Below, piece by piece: positions 11,001 to 20,554 of a stretch of DNA of 64,000 nucleotides (the first letter of the stretch is position 1; each line of letters starts with the position of its first letter). A program made the translations under genes and the position numbers. Under the pieces are notes generated by a model, which saw only the letters and a list, made by a program, of their open reading frames with translations, had not been told where the DNA came from and did no database searches. Source of the DNA: a virus; the IMG/VR virus record IMGVR_UViG_3300029305_006219; one strand, given 5' to 3'.

Positions 11001-11975
11001 ATTACCAGATTTTGTTAAATCAACTTGCGGATACTCTTTTACTTCAACTTTAGGAATTCTTTGCTTATGTCGAATACTGTAATTTTCAATTTTATCATAG
11101 ATAGATAAGCTATTTTCAAATAAATTGCTAATATAATTATCATCATTGAAAGATTTTCGTAAGTTTTCAAAAATCTCGTCTTCAGTTTGAAGATAAGAAT
11201 ATTCATAGAAGCTATCTACTTCTCTCTCGCCGCCTTTTGAATTAAGATACGCTTTATGAACATATCTATCCTTCTTTGAGAGATAATGTGCGTCGCTGCC
11301 AATTACCATTGGAATCTGCATTGCATCAGAGATTTGACGCAGCTTTTTATTAACCACTATCTGATCTCTTGAAGCGGCGGGCGCGCACTCTAAATAAAAG
11401 TCGTTTCCAAAAAGATTCTTACACCAAGAGATAAAATCAATGATATGATTATACTCTCGCTGTCTTGTATCCATATCAAACATAGCTTCTGCACTTACCA
11501 TATTTGCGACTGCTGTTGATAATTCTCCGCCGAGACAAGCGGTTGTTGCTATAAGTGAATTTGGATATTTGTTTACAATTTCTTCGAGATCTGATTTAAG
11601 AGTTACTACTCTTTCCATGCCGCGATCCCAATAGCTATTGAGCCAAGCGCGCGATGATAACTCTCTTAATGCGCGCCATCCATTAAAATTTTTCGCCAAT
11701 AAGATAAAATGCCAATATTTTTGTCCAGTTTCTCTAGTATTGCATAAATAAATCTCGTTGCCTAAAATAACTTTAAAATCAGGATATTTTTTTTGAATTT
11801 CTTCTGCATAAAAATTAGCCTCTGGTAGTCCAGCTAAAGTTTCATGGTCTGTAATAGCAATTCCTTGAAGTCCTATTTCTACTGCCTTATCTATAAGACG
11901 TTGTACAGTGTTTACGCTATCTAACAATCTAATATTACTATAATCACTATGAGTATGAATTTCACATCGTTTCAT
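8001..11975 (-). CDS. dnaE: DNA polymerase III alpha subunit (DnaE-type replicative polymerase with PHP domain)
   Basis: 1324 aa. N-terminal PHP motif MKRCEIHTHSDYS...ITDHE. No in-frame TAG. GGAGG RBS upstream. Confidence 0.85.
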   Translation of the reverse strand: MKRCEIHTHSDYSNIRLLDSVNTVQRLIDKAVEIGLQGIAITDHETLAGLPEANFYAEEIQKKYPDFKVILGNEIYLCNTRETGQKYWHFILLAKNFNGWRALRELSSRAWLNSYWDRGMERVVTLKSDLEEIVNKYPNSLIATTACLGGELSTAVANMVSAEAMFDMDTRQREYNHIIDFISWCKNLFGNDFYLECAPAASRDQIVVNKKLRQISDAMQIPMVIGSDAHYLSKKDRYVHKAYLNSKGGEREVDSFYEYSYLQTEDEIFENLRKSFNDDNYISNLFENSLSIYDKIENYSIRHKQRIPKVEVKEYPQVDLTKSGNDDEYFIGTHYPTLNSLFNSENKVERYWVNQCFESLANKKKATSYDLIVEFSQYLDRLEEEADIKRTISEKLETNMFAYPVTLQHYIDLFWECGSMVGAGRGSSCSGLNHYLLGVTQLDPIEWDLPFWRYLNKERVELGDIDLDLCPSKRPYILKKIKEERGAKFNTDIDELSRANLGCTLIATFGTETTKSAILTACRGYRSEEYPDGIDVDMAQYLTSLVPQERGFLWSINDVVNGNPDKDRKPVASFVREVNHYPGLLEIMTSIEGLKNKRSSHASGVILFDEDPYEFGAFMRTPKGEVITQFDLHTCEALGMVKYDFLVTEVQDKLVETINMLQETGELESDMTLRQIYDKYFHPNVLPIEEEKYWKPIQDVAVLGLFQFDSDVGAQAAKKIRPSSILELADANGLMRLMTNEKGQETPMEKYVRFKNNINLWYKEMDEFGLTKEEQEVLKPYFLKSHGVPPSQEQMMQMLMDPKICGFSLADANAARKIVGKKQMSKIPALQQQVLDQASSPCMGHYVWKHGIGPQMGYSFSIIHALAYSFIGFQTAYAATRWNPIYWNTANLIVNSGSLEGYDNEDDDEEAKDKQTDYTKLARALGDIISAGINVSLVDINKSQFSFKPDVENNQILFGMKALSGINSEVIEQIICGRPYANIADFMERCPLNKTQMISLIKAGAFDKLEAEWGKELNIHPRFVAMAYYLSKACEPKSKLTLQNFNGLIQRGLVPESLDFERRVFEFNKYLKANTKVGKYFVFDEPCDKFYKGHFDIEKLEVINGLTCIQQKTWDGIYQKQMDGARDWLKENQSEVLRQLNTQLFMDTWNKYAQGSLSSWEMESLCFYYHEHELANVDTYKYGISNFFALPEEPEVDYYFKRNGQQIPIWKTHKIIGTVIAKNDNKASITLLTPSGVVTVKFTKEYYAQYKKQLSELQDDGSKKITEKGWFKRGTMLLLTGYKRGDQFVTKTYKHTPTHQIYKISLLNNGRDMELVHERKDMEE

Positions 11976-11978
11976 TTT

Positions 11979-12866
11979 TTATTCTATATACCTCCAATAA
12001 TATCCATATGCTTTTCTTTGCTTTCTGGCAGCTGCGCAAATATTACTTTTATCTTGTAATCCTAGAGCTCTAGCTGCATCTGCTCCAGAGTCATATTCAG
12101 CAATTATGCTATTATCTAACGTGAGTTGTTGAATTCTTTTCTTAGGGCGTCCACTAGATAACTTATTCTAATAAATTTGTACCCACTCTTGGATATCTCT
12201 TTCATCTGCTTTGTATTTCCAAAGAAAGCCGTAAGCACTTTTCTATTTCTAAGCACATACCTAACTAATTGCTGTTTGTTGAAAACCATTAGCCCTGCCG
12301 CACTCTGAGGCTGATTCCCATTCTTGGATAAAATATCCATTTAAATCATACTGTAGTACAGGATAAGCACATCGTTTTGCTACTGCGCAACCAAATCTTG
12401 CGGCTATCTCTTCTCGTGAAATTCCTGCTCCTCTTAATCGAAGTCGGGCAGTTTTTTTTGAACAGCCTATTTTTTCAGCAATTTCTTTAATTAAAAGACC
12501 TTGATTCCAGCCATCAAGAAAAAGCTGAGTGGGATATAGAATCGCCCCTTGTCCTCCAAGAACTGCATTGTATCCATTATTAGGGTCGGTGCTGTCAAAA
12601 TATTCTATATAATACATTTCTCGCTCAAATCTAATTTCATCAGGGCATTTCTCTAGCGTTTCAATAATAAAATTTTGTTCTCCGTATTTTCGTATAGCAC
12701 AAGAAATATGATAATAATATCCATGATCACCTTCTTTAGAATGAGCCCTTCTTATATGTTCCCTCCACCTTGTCTCAACCCCTCGAATAGTTTCTCCTAT
12801 ATAAACTTTATTGTTTATTTGGTTGGTAATTTTATAAATATAAGCCATAAAATGCTCTCCTTTCAC
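11979..12866 (-). CDS. GIY-YIG homing endonuclease (HE2), 4 in-frame TAG
   Basis: MAYIYKITNQINNKVYIGET...R..H, then reading through TAGs at 12261-63, 12249-51, 12243-45, 12168-70 gives two C-terminal repeats KSAYGFLWKY and RKQRKAYGYYWRY. TAA at 11979-81 lies 3 nt before the dnaE ATG. ORF 12116..12340 in the other frame is spurious. Confidence 0.8.
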
Positions 12867-12932
12867 TTTGTTCTTATATATATAAGAAAAAAGTGATAAT
12901 AAAATTATTGAGATTTGACCTTAATTTTACTC

Positions 12933-13103
12933 TAAAGCATTTTCAATCTCGTTACATTTATCTTCTATTGCTTGAATAATAAGCGCCATTGCAGGAAAAC
13001 TTAAACCCGCTCTATTCATATTATCTACAAATCTACAATCTTCACTTATTAAAAATTCTCTTACCTCTTGAATTGTTTTTTTATCAATTAATGTGCTAAA
13101 CAT
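12933..13103 (-). CDS. Small hypothetical protein (56 aa)
   Basis: ATG preceded by AAAGGAGAA, downstream of a consensus promoter module. Confidence 0.3.
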
Positions 13104-13111
13104 ATTTATTA

Positions 13112-13160
13112 TTCTCCTTTCGCATACTTTTATATATAATAATTATAACTTATTTTTTAC
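13112..13160 (-). promoter_or_regulatory. Sigma-A-type promoter, one copy of a repeated intergenic module
   Basis: On the minus strand: TTGATT-17 nt-TATAAT, followed by an RBS. Confidence 0.5.
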
Positions 13161-13162
13161 AA

Positions 13163-13190
13163 AAAATCAAGCCGTATCACCTGATACGGC
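13163..13190 (-). terminator. Rho-independent terminator
   Basis: Hairpin AAGCCGTATCA..TGATACGGCTT followed by a T-run on the minus strand. Confidence 0.55.
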
Positions 13191-13195
13191 TTTTA

Positions 13196-13441
13196 TCATT
13201 TTAAACCAAGCATACGACATATATCTAAATAACTTTCACTTACCTCATAGGGCTCATTATCAGAATCAGCATTTATCCAAATTTCAGTGCCAGTTAGAAT
13301 TTCACGACTTGGCCCAAATTGTTCGATATATGCCGTATTTAGCATTATTTTATTTTGAGAATGAAAAAGAGTTACTTCAATAAACATATTATTTTTCCCT
13401 CCAAATATGAATTGGTAAATTGTTTTCACAAGGAAAGACAT
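13196..13441 (-). CDS. Hypothetical protein
   Basis: 81-aa ORF with a TGA stop. Confidence 0.35.
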   Translation of the reverse strand: MSFLVKTIYQFIFGGKNNMFIEVTLFHSQNKIMLNTAYIEQFGPSREILTGTEIWINADSDNEPYEVSESYLDICRMLGLK

Positions 13442-13625
13442 TAATCATCTTATGATCTTGACTGTAAGAACAATAAACATCAAAACCTCGTTTCTTCATT
13501 TGTCTTTCGATAATCTCTTCTTTAAGTAAGCCAATATGTGCATAGTTCTTAGCTCGCTGTTCTGCGATACATTTATCAAGATACTTAAAAGTTTCTTTTA
13601 TTGCTTGTTCATATTTTTCTGTCAT
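13389..13625 (-). CDS. Hypothetical protein
   Basis: 78-aa ORF. Confidence 0.35.
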   Translation of the reverse strand: MTEKYEQAIKETFKYLDKCIAEQRAKNYAHIGLLKEEIIERQMKKRGFDVYCSYSQDHKMINVFPCENNLPIHIWREK

Positions 13626-13944
13626 TTATTTTCCATGCTCCTATTTCAAAGTTATTTAGATCTATTAGCGGCGGATCGCCAATGAAAGCGATTTTTATTG
13701 GCTTTTGAAGTTCGCTTACGCCAAGTATCCAAAGAGAATTGGGATCTAGCCTCTCTGGGTCGTAGTATACTTCTACAGGTATCTGTTTTTCTTTTATTTT
13801 TTGTCTGAATAAAAGATACAATTCTTCAAAAGATAGCTCTCTTACATCAGTCGTTGCTTTTATGTTCTCAATTAGATCGTGTAATTCTGCTTCTATATAT
13901 GGTTTCATTGCTACCTCATTTCCGTTGATAATATTCTTCTTCAT
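13609..13944 (-). CDS. Hypothetical protein
   Basis: 111-aa ORF. Confidence 0.35.
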   Translation of the reverse strand: MKKNIINGNEVAMKPYIEAELHDLIENIKATTDVRELSFEELYLLFRQKIKEKQIPVEVYYDPERLDPNSLWILGVSELQKPIKIAFIGDPPLIDLNNFEIGAWKINDRKI

Positions 13945-14887
13945 TTTCTTTTGTTAATAGAAATCTTGAAGTTTCTAATTTTAAATCGTTTAGGTCATAC
14001 TCTTGATCATATGGGATACGAATTAATGGAATATTATGTTCAAAACAATATTTATTTTTAAGTAAATCGTTGTTGCGAGTTTCTTCAAAATGCTCTTTTG
14101 TATTCCAAGTATTTATAGTATCTTTGCGATATGAAAAATGTTGTTGTCCATCAAATTCAATAATATAAGAGTCTTCTATATAAAAATCAAATCTAGCCTT
14201 TGCACCAGAGGCTAACAAACAGTCTTTAAAACTCTTTTGGTTTGTAAAGCTAATATCGGCTTCTTGTAACATTTGTGTAATTTTTGTTTCATTATAGGAT
14301 GCGCCTAAACAGCCGCAACTTTTTGTTTGCCCCACAGTTAAATAGCCAGAAGGAACTTCCGTATAGTTACCGCAATCACATAAGCATTTCCAAATTACAT
14401 AAGATCCAATCCTTTTTTCAGTTGGTTCTAAAGCAGTTAATAAGCCAAATTTTTGATTACTTAAATCAATAAAATGCCTAGGTTTACAAAATCCACAGCT
14501 TTTGGTGTCGCCAGCCGTAAGACTTGAGCCCATTACTATATGCGCCCTTCCACAAGAACATTTGCAATTCCAAAAGGCATGGCCACCTTCTGTTTTGGCT
14601 AAACTTAAAACTGTAAGTTCTCCAAAAGTTTGTCCTGTTAAATCTCGAACTGGTCTTCCGCCACTTTTATTTTCGTGTTTAAGACAGCCACAAGATTTAG
14701 TATGATCTGATGTTAAATGGTTTTTAGACACCACTAATAAAGTCTTTGCTTCACATTGACATTCGCAGAGCCAAAAGACACCTTTTCTCCCTGTTGGATG
14801 CTCTACTCTATATAGCGCTTTTAAACGATTAAACTATTTACCAGAAATATTTTCAGCTTGCCCTATTGGAATTTGTTTGTACTCCAT
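13916..14887 (-). CDS. Zinc-ribbon-repeat protein with C-terminal PD-(D/E)xK/Vsr-like nuclease domain, 1 in-frame TAG
   Basis: Starts MEYKQIPIGQAENISGK[TAG]FNRL... (TAG at 14834-36) and continues in frame into ORF 13916..14734. Repeated W.C.C.CG...TKSCGC motifs; C-terminal YIIEFDGQQHF resembles Vsr/DUF559-type nucleases. Confidence 0.5.
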
Positions 14888-14891
14888 TTTT

Positions 14892-16079
14892 TTACTCCTT
14901 TATAATAACGACTTTTTCACTTCCTCTTGTGCAACAAGTATATAGCCATTTTTTATGCTCTTCTTTATCAAATGGGAAACGTTCTTCAATAACTAGTACT
15001 TTATCCCATTCACTGCCTTGCGCGCGATGTCCAGTAATACTATAACCATATGTGAATTCATAGGGAATCATATGCTTTGTCATTTTATTTCGAGAAAGTT
15101 TATAGATTTGTTGGGGGGTTAAACTTCCCTCTCCCATTATTATATAATTTTTATCCATATTCAATTCATTAAACTTGTCCAAATTTTCCGAAAGGAAATT
15201 ACAAGAAATAATTGGGATAGGAGGCACTCCTAAAATTTTTGGAGGATAAAAAGTTTGTTCATAAAAATCAGTGCAATATCCAATAGTGCCATTAATTAAA
15301 GCATTGCCTGATTCTGAAATTTCAGACCAATAATTTTTTAAACAGATTAATTTTTCATTTTTTTCTAATGGTTTTTCATAACCCAATAGTTCTCGGACTT
15401 GTGAGTTTAAAGCAATTCTAGTCTTATTAGTTGAGCATAGAATAATATCTGCCCAAGTCAACATACCTGTATTCAATTCACTAGAAGGTAGAACCATGGC
15501 ATCTTTTCCCTTAAAATTATCTATTCTTTCTCCATTTCGAATTTTTAAGCTCAATTGAATAATATCACTTTCTAAACTTTGACGCATAATGTCAGATAAA
15601 AAGATATGAGGTTTATCTAATAAATGATTGGCATTTGTTTTATCAATTGGAGGAAGTTGTCCTGGATCGCCGCAGAAAATAAGGTAAGCATTGTGAGAAA
15701 ATAAAAGTGCTACCATATCTTGCGGCACCATAGAACATTCATCAATCACAATAATACGATATTCTAATTCCGTTTTGGGGGAATGCACGAATTTGCCATT
15801 GGGTAGGGGGCGAGTATAATATAATAGCTTATGAAGGGTCATTGCATTTTTATTACCCTTTTTTTGAAGTACAGATGCCGCCTTTCCAGTAAAACTTGCG
15901 TATGCTACATCTTCTATTGTTAAACCAGATCCAGTATTCAAAAGCGCGGCTACTAAAAATTTAACTAGCGTTGACTTACCAGATCCAGCGTATCCCGAAA
16001 TAACCGTATACTTTTCGCCTGCTTTATATCGCTGAAGTGCGATCGTAAGTCCAGTTAATTGCTGATCAGTTAGCACCAT
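14892..16079 (-). CDS. Dda/RecD-like superfamily I DNA helicase
   Basis: Walker A motif GYAGSGKST; AAA_30-like architecture; 395 aa. Confidence 0.75.
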   Translation of the reverse strand: MVLTDQQLTGLTIALQRYKAGEKYTVISGYAGSGKSTLVKFLVAALLNTGSGLTIEDVAYASFTGKAASVLQKKGNKNAMTLHKLLYYTRPLPNGKFVHSPKTELEYRIIVIDECSMVPQDMVALLFSHNAYLIFCGDPGQLPPIDKTNANHLLDKPHIFLSDIMRQSLESDIIQLSLKIRNGERIDNFKGKDAMVLPSSELNTGMLTWADIILCSTNKTRIALNSQVRELLGYEKPLEKNEKLICLKNYWSEISESGNALINGTIGYCTDFYEQTFYPPKILGVPPIPIISCNFLSENLDKFNELNMDKNYIIMGEGSLTPQQIYKLSRNKMTKHMIPYEFTYGYSITGHRAQGSEWDKVLVIEERFPFDKEEHKKWLYTCCTRGSEKVVIIKE

Positions 16080-16453
16080 GTGTCATTCACCACCTTGCTA
16101 ATATTCTTTAACTTTTCCCAAAGCTTATCATTCTCTAGCTGTAAATCATAGTTTCTATCTATTAAATCTGTATTGTCACTCTCTAGTATTTCATTTCTTT
16201 CTCGTATATGATCATTATAGTCTTTCAAGTCATCGATATCTGCTTTTAAGCTTTCAATTTCTTCCTCATACTCTTCTCGTTCATCAGTATAAAGTATAGT
16301 ATGAGCTTCAACATCTTCCCACAGATCTTTCATTTCTGCTTCAAATATATTGCGTTCAAGAGGATTGCAATCAAGATTATTAAAGCCTTTTGCCTCATAT
16401 AGCTGCTGCATTAAGTCTTTAATTATGCTTTTTACTTTTTCTTTATTTGCCAT
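16070..16453 (-). CDS. Hypothetical acidic coiled-coil protein
   Basis: 127-aa ORF. Confidence 0.35.
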   Translation of the reverse strand: MANKEKVKSIIKDLMQQLYEAKGFNNLDCNPLERNIFEAEMKDLWEDVEAHTILYTDEREEYEEEIESLKADIDDLKDYNDHIRERNEILESDNTDLIDRNYDLQLENDKLWEKLKNISKVVNDTWC

Positions 16454-16464
16454 TATATTTCTCC

Positions 16465-16692
16465 TTAAAATGTAAAACTAAAGCCTATAGACGAATCTGT
16501 TTTTTCCTTTCGTTCAATGCGTTCTTCTTGTTTACCGCAAAATCTGCATCGAATTCCCACTCTATGATTTCCTTCTTCATCTTCGTAGCTACTACCATCT
16601 AACCACCATTGATGTGGACACATATCAGGGTGTTCAGATAGAAAGGCTTCCATAAAGGCTTCAACTCTAGCTACTCTTTCTTCTAAATACAT
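16465..16692 (-). CDS. Hypothetical Zn-ribbon protein
   Basis: 75 aa with CxxC pairs. Confidence 0.3.
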   Translation of the reverse strand: MYLEERVARVEAFMEAFLSEHPDMCPHQWWLDGSSYEDEEGNHRVGIRCRFCGKQEERIERKEKTDSSIGFSFTF

Positions 16693-16931
16693 TATTCTTC
16701 CTCCCTTTTTTCTTTTCCCATAAATCTGTATTTATCCAATACCTTAATCCCATTAAAATTTTCAAAATGCATAAACATTTCTTCGACTTGTTTTCCGTCT
16801 TTATAAGTTCCACATATTCCACGCTCATTGGTGTATTGTATTTTACACGCGCAATGCTTTTTTCCATCGTGAAAAAAGCAAGAGGTAGCAAAACAAATTG
16901 GTCTTGGATCCGTCTTTTTTATTTCTTTCAT
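16692..16931 (-). CDS. Hypothetical Cys-rich protein
   Basis: 79-aa ORF. Confidence 0.3.
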   Translation of the reverse strand: MKEIKKTDPRPICFATSCFFHDGKKHCACKIQYTNERGICGTYKDGKQVEEMFMHFENFNGIKVLDKYRFMGKEKREEE

Positions 16932-17429
16932 TTACTCTTCCTCCAATTTTTTACCCATTCTCAACTTCATCAGTCTTCCGCAGAATTCCGATTGAGTCAA
17001 TACTGTTCTGCTCTCATCATTTTTACCTATTGAGTGCGTTAAGATAGCGGGTTTAGATGCTTCAAGAGCTCGCCTAAATCCTTCGTTCTGGTATAGAGCG
17101 TTGTAAACTCTGTTTAGAAGAATCTGGTATTCCTCGCTATCTCTCTTGTATTCTACTCCCTGCCAGTAGAGAGTCTGATCTCTCCACCACTTCTTATCTT
17201 TACCCTTAAACTTTGCGGCCTTGCCTACCAGGGTGCAGACATGGCGCTGCATATCGGGTGATTTAAATTTTAATGACTGCAAGAACCCCTCCATTGATGC
17301 ACATTCGACGCCGTCTATTACGAATGGGTGCGGCGCAAAGTTGCTCAATGTGCAAGATGGGTATGCAGACCCGCTTCCTATATCCATTTTATTTTCCTCT
17401 TTTCTTATTCTTATAATATATTTTAACAT
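16932..17429 (-). CDS. NADAR (YbiA/DUF1768) family protein
   Basis: SNFAPHPF..DG...SMEGFLQSLKF and GKAAKFKG resemble NADAR motifs. Confidence 0.5.
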   Translation of the reverse strand: MLKYIIRIRKEENKMDIGSGSAYPSCTLSNFAPHPFVIDGVECASMEGFLQSLKFKSPDMQRHVCTLVGKAAKFKGKDKKWWRDQTLYWQGVEYKRDSEEYQILLNRVYNALYQNEGFRRALEASKPAILTHSIGKNDESRTVLTQSEFCGRLMKLRMGKKLEEE

Positions 17430-17458
17430 AATTTTTATTAAAAATCAAAAGAGGATGA

Positions 17459-17683
17459 TTAATTATCCTCTGATGTCATTGTTGTTAGATAATATAATAA
17501 TGTTGTTTTCCTTCCGCATTTAGGACATTGCCAAATTTCTTCACCATATGCTAAAGAGTCTTTTCTCAGAGAAGTGTGCTGACAATTTTGAACCTTCTCT
17601 TGAATACACTTCATTCTAATTCTACATTTACAACAGTTAATTCCTGTAGTGCGAGGTAATTTTGTGCGTTTTAAATATTTCAT
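17459..17683 (-). CDS. Hypothetical Zn-ribbon protein
   Basis: 74-aa ORF. Confidence 0.3.
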   Translation of the reverse strand: MKYLKRTKLPRTTGINCCKCRIRMKCIQEKVQNCQHTSLRKDSLAYGEEIWQCPKCGRKTTLLYYLTTMTSEDN

Positions 17684-17753
17684 ATTTTACTCCTAAAAAT
17701 TCCAAAAGTCATTTTCATTTTAAATTTACGACCCAGTTCGTTCCAAGTATTAG

Positions 17754-17999
17754 TTAAATGAAGATTAGCTCTCCCCCATAAGGACTGCACATGGGTTTTA
17801 ATACACAGGTAATCCATTCTTCATTAATCTTTGTGTTTAATTCGCCATCTACATAAATGGTGTTACATCTAGCACCAGGGCGCCCCATTAAGAGATAGCT
17901 TCGTGTACCTTTAATAATTGTAATTTTAGTGTTGTTGGTTAGAATAGTCTCTACCTTATTTTCTTTATCATCTAATAGAAAAAACATTATTCTTTTCAT
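17754..17999 (-). CDS. Hypothetical protein
   Basis: 81-aa ORF; ATGA overlap with recJ. Confidence 0.35.
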   Translation of the reverse strand: MKRIMFFLLDDKENKVETILTNNTKITIIKGTRSYLLMGRPGARCNTIYVDGELNTKINEEWITCVLKPMCSPYGGELIFI

Positions 18000-19792
18000 C
18001 AGAAATTATACCTACTTTCACCTGTAATTGCATATTCTTCGATAAATATCTGCGGACTTACCCAGCCATTATATTCATTCTTATTTGGCTTTCCAATGAT
18101 ATCCATTTCCACATAGCCTTGAGTGTTTTGAAGCTTCTCACACAAGTCATCGGGTGCGTTGAATAACATTATCGACAAGCGGTTGGGAAGAGTTATTTTA
18201 AGGGTCTTGTTTTTCTTTATATACACAGTTACCATATCTGCGGTCACTTTTAAGCCATCAATAGCAACGAATGATTCTTCCACATCCTTGCCCCAGATAC
18301 CATCAAGCTCAGCTATTTCAAGGATTTGATTAGGATCTACATTTGTATTGCGGTAGATGTAGTCTACATAATGGACTGGTTCAGATGCCATATTACGAAG
18401 CGCGCGGTCAGTCGATTCAAGAAAGAAAGGCACGTCCTCTGGAAGAATGCCTAAGCCAAACGCGCCTTGGTGTCCAGCCACATATTGGATAAGACCAGTT
18501 CCTTCGCAGATATCTTTGAAATTAGATACTTCTGCTTTATCGCAGCCTCGCGCTGAACCTTCGTAACAGAAATACTTGCGCGCATTAAGAGTGGGGGTTG
18601 CATCCATTTCTTTTTCGCGTTTTGTAAGTACGGCGCAAGGACGCTGATACTTACCCATTATTTTATTTGCGGCAAGACCAGCTACATTTGGCTCAACCTC
18701 GCCAGGTTCAAGAAGGAATAAAAGGACTTGATGATCCATCAGATTTTCCATAGTAATACGCTCTTCAAGTAATTCCATTGCTGCATCTTGAGCTTTCGTT
18801 TGGCGCGTCTTTACATTCTTACAAGTACGCACTGCTTGCGTCACTAATTGTTCAGTTTCACCCTGTTTATGCCCACGCTTTGTAGAGTATATATAATCAA
18901 AAGCCTTAAACTTTAAAAAGGATTTGAAAAGAAGCTCCTTTTCTTCTTCTTCACCACTACGCACCATAGCATTGACAAACGGCGCAATATACCAAGCAGC
19001 GCCATGTGGAGTAATCTTATCTCCAAGAGAATAGGCATTACTTTCAGCTATTGTTGCGATAAATGGATTGTGAATATTTTCTGCGCGGAAGCCCTTCATT
19101 ATAAGATGCTTTGTTTCTATTGACTGAAGCGACATCATATCCGCGGTATTCCCCAGCGCCACGAGGTCAAGATAATTCTGCGCATAATCAGTGTGCATAA
19201 GTGAATCAAGGTATCTGCAAAACTGCCACGTGATACCAACACCTGATAGTTGCTTATTTGGATAGGCGCAAAGCTGATTATTTATGACTATTGCATTTGG
19301 AGATACAATATCCGCTTCATGGTGGTCTAAGACAATAATATCTACACCTTTGTCGATAAAAGCTAGGTGATATTCATAGTCATTAGAGCTTGCGTCTGGG
19401 CACAAGATTAATGCGTAATTGGCGGCCGCCCATTCAACATCGACATCACTAAGTCCGTGTTGTTTGCCGCTATGAATAAACCAGTCTAAGTTGTTCTGAA
19501 CCCAAGCTGGGAAATGGTCATAAAGGTAATTGATTAGAAGCGCGGACGAGGTAAATCCGTCGCAGTCTGAGTCCACGATAACCAGCGCTCGGGCGCCTTG
19601 AGAAATCGTTTTTATTAAGGTTTGAGCTGCCTTGCGCAATCGATCGGCGCCCAATAAGTTAAAGTCATTAATATCCGCATCCGTTGTATTCAGCCAGTGA
19701 TGGATATCATAGTAGGGAATACCTCTATTGGTTAGCACCTACTCTACTGCTGAATAGTGCGGATTTATATTTCCTAAAAGTTTATAGTTCAA
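17999..19792 (-). CDS. recJ: RecJ-like DHH-family ssDNA exonuclease, 1 in-frame TAG near the N-terminus
   Basis: DHH motifs VIVDSDCDGFTSSALL and VLDHH. The conserved N-terminal VLTNRGI block lies just downstream of TAG 19739-41. Upstream residues LNYKLLGNINPHYSAVE continue in frame from a TTG at 19790-92 with an AAAGGA RBS. Start choice is uncertain (alternative is GTG at 19738). Confidence 0.65.
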
Positions 19793-19801
19793 TTCACAAT
19801 C

Positions 19802-20554
19802 TCATCCTTTCTTTAAATAATTTTCTACATCTTCAATAAACAACCAATGATAACCATAGCCTTTAGTTTCACCTTTATTACGACAACTTCTACGAATGTG
19901 AGAACCATCTGTTTTTCCTAGTGCTCGAGCAGCGGTTTGACTTGATGAATACTCTTGTTTGGTTTCTATGCAATATACTGGTTTACTATTGGTTTTAACT
20001 GAATTTATTCGCATTTTATCTAATTTAATTTTTTCTTCTTCTTTATGACTATCCCAGTATACACGAGATGCCATTCTTCCTTTTAAGGTATTATTTTTTC
20101 GTTCTTCAAAAGAAGAATTTTCTATATATTTTACATTAATTTCCTTTAAAAATACTTTCTTTTCTTCTTTTTTATCTTCTGGTAAATTTTGCCAAGTATT
20201 TTTAGAAGCAATACCAATTTTCTTTTTAGTTTCTTCTGTGTGCAAATGTCCAAGCTGACCTCCTTTTGTTAAATTATATCCAAAATCAGGATTGTCACTT
20301 TTATAAAATTGGATATAAAATTTTTCCCAATAATCAGCTTCATTTTGACTTAGCAAGTTTTGTTTTAAAATTATATGCTCAAAATTATCCCATCCATATT
20401 TTTCAATGGCAGAATAAAAAAGAGGGCTTTTAATATATTGCTTTCCATTAGCTCTCCATCTCTACTTTATATTACAGCTTTGTCCTATATATCTTTTCTA
20501 ATTTTGCTTATTAACATGAGCATAGATACACCATTTTTTAATATTTTCATTCAT
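19802..20554 (-). CDS. GIY-YIG homing endonuclease (HE3), 2 in-frame TAG
   Basis: MNENIKKWCIYAHVNKQN[TAG]KRYIGQSCNIK[TAG]RWRANG...YGWDNFEHIIL then ORF 19802..20356, ending in a C-terminal CRNKGETKGYGYHWLF repeat. Note the genomically encoded Q in YIGQS. TAGs at 20498-500 and 20462-64. AAAGGAGG RBS. Confidence 0.8.

Noticed and set aside
12116-12340. ORF 12116..12340 (74 aa) and other short out-of-frame ORFs overlapping real genes (21423..21656, 27024..27233, 31672..31887, 45177..45377, and plus-strand ORFs inside minus-strand genes)
   Set aside because: They lie in alternative frames of well-supported genes. 12116..12340 overlaps the true C-terminus of GIY-YIG HE2, which is reached by reading through TAGs. 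45177..45377 is a translation of the repeated promoter module.
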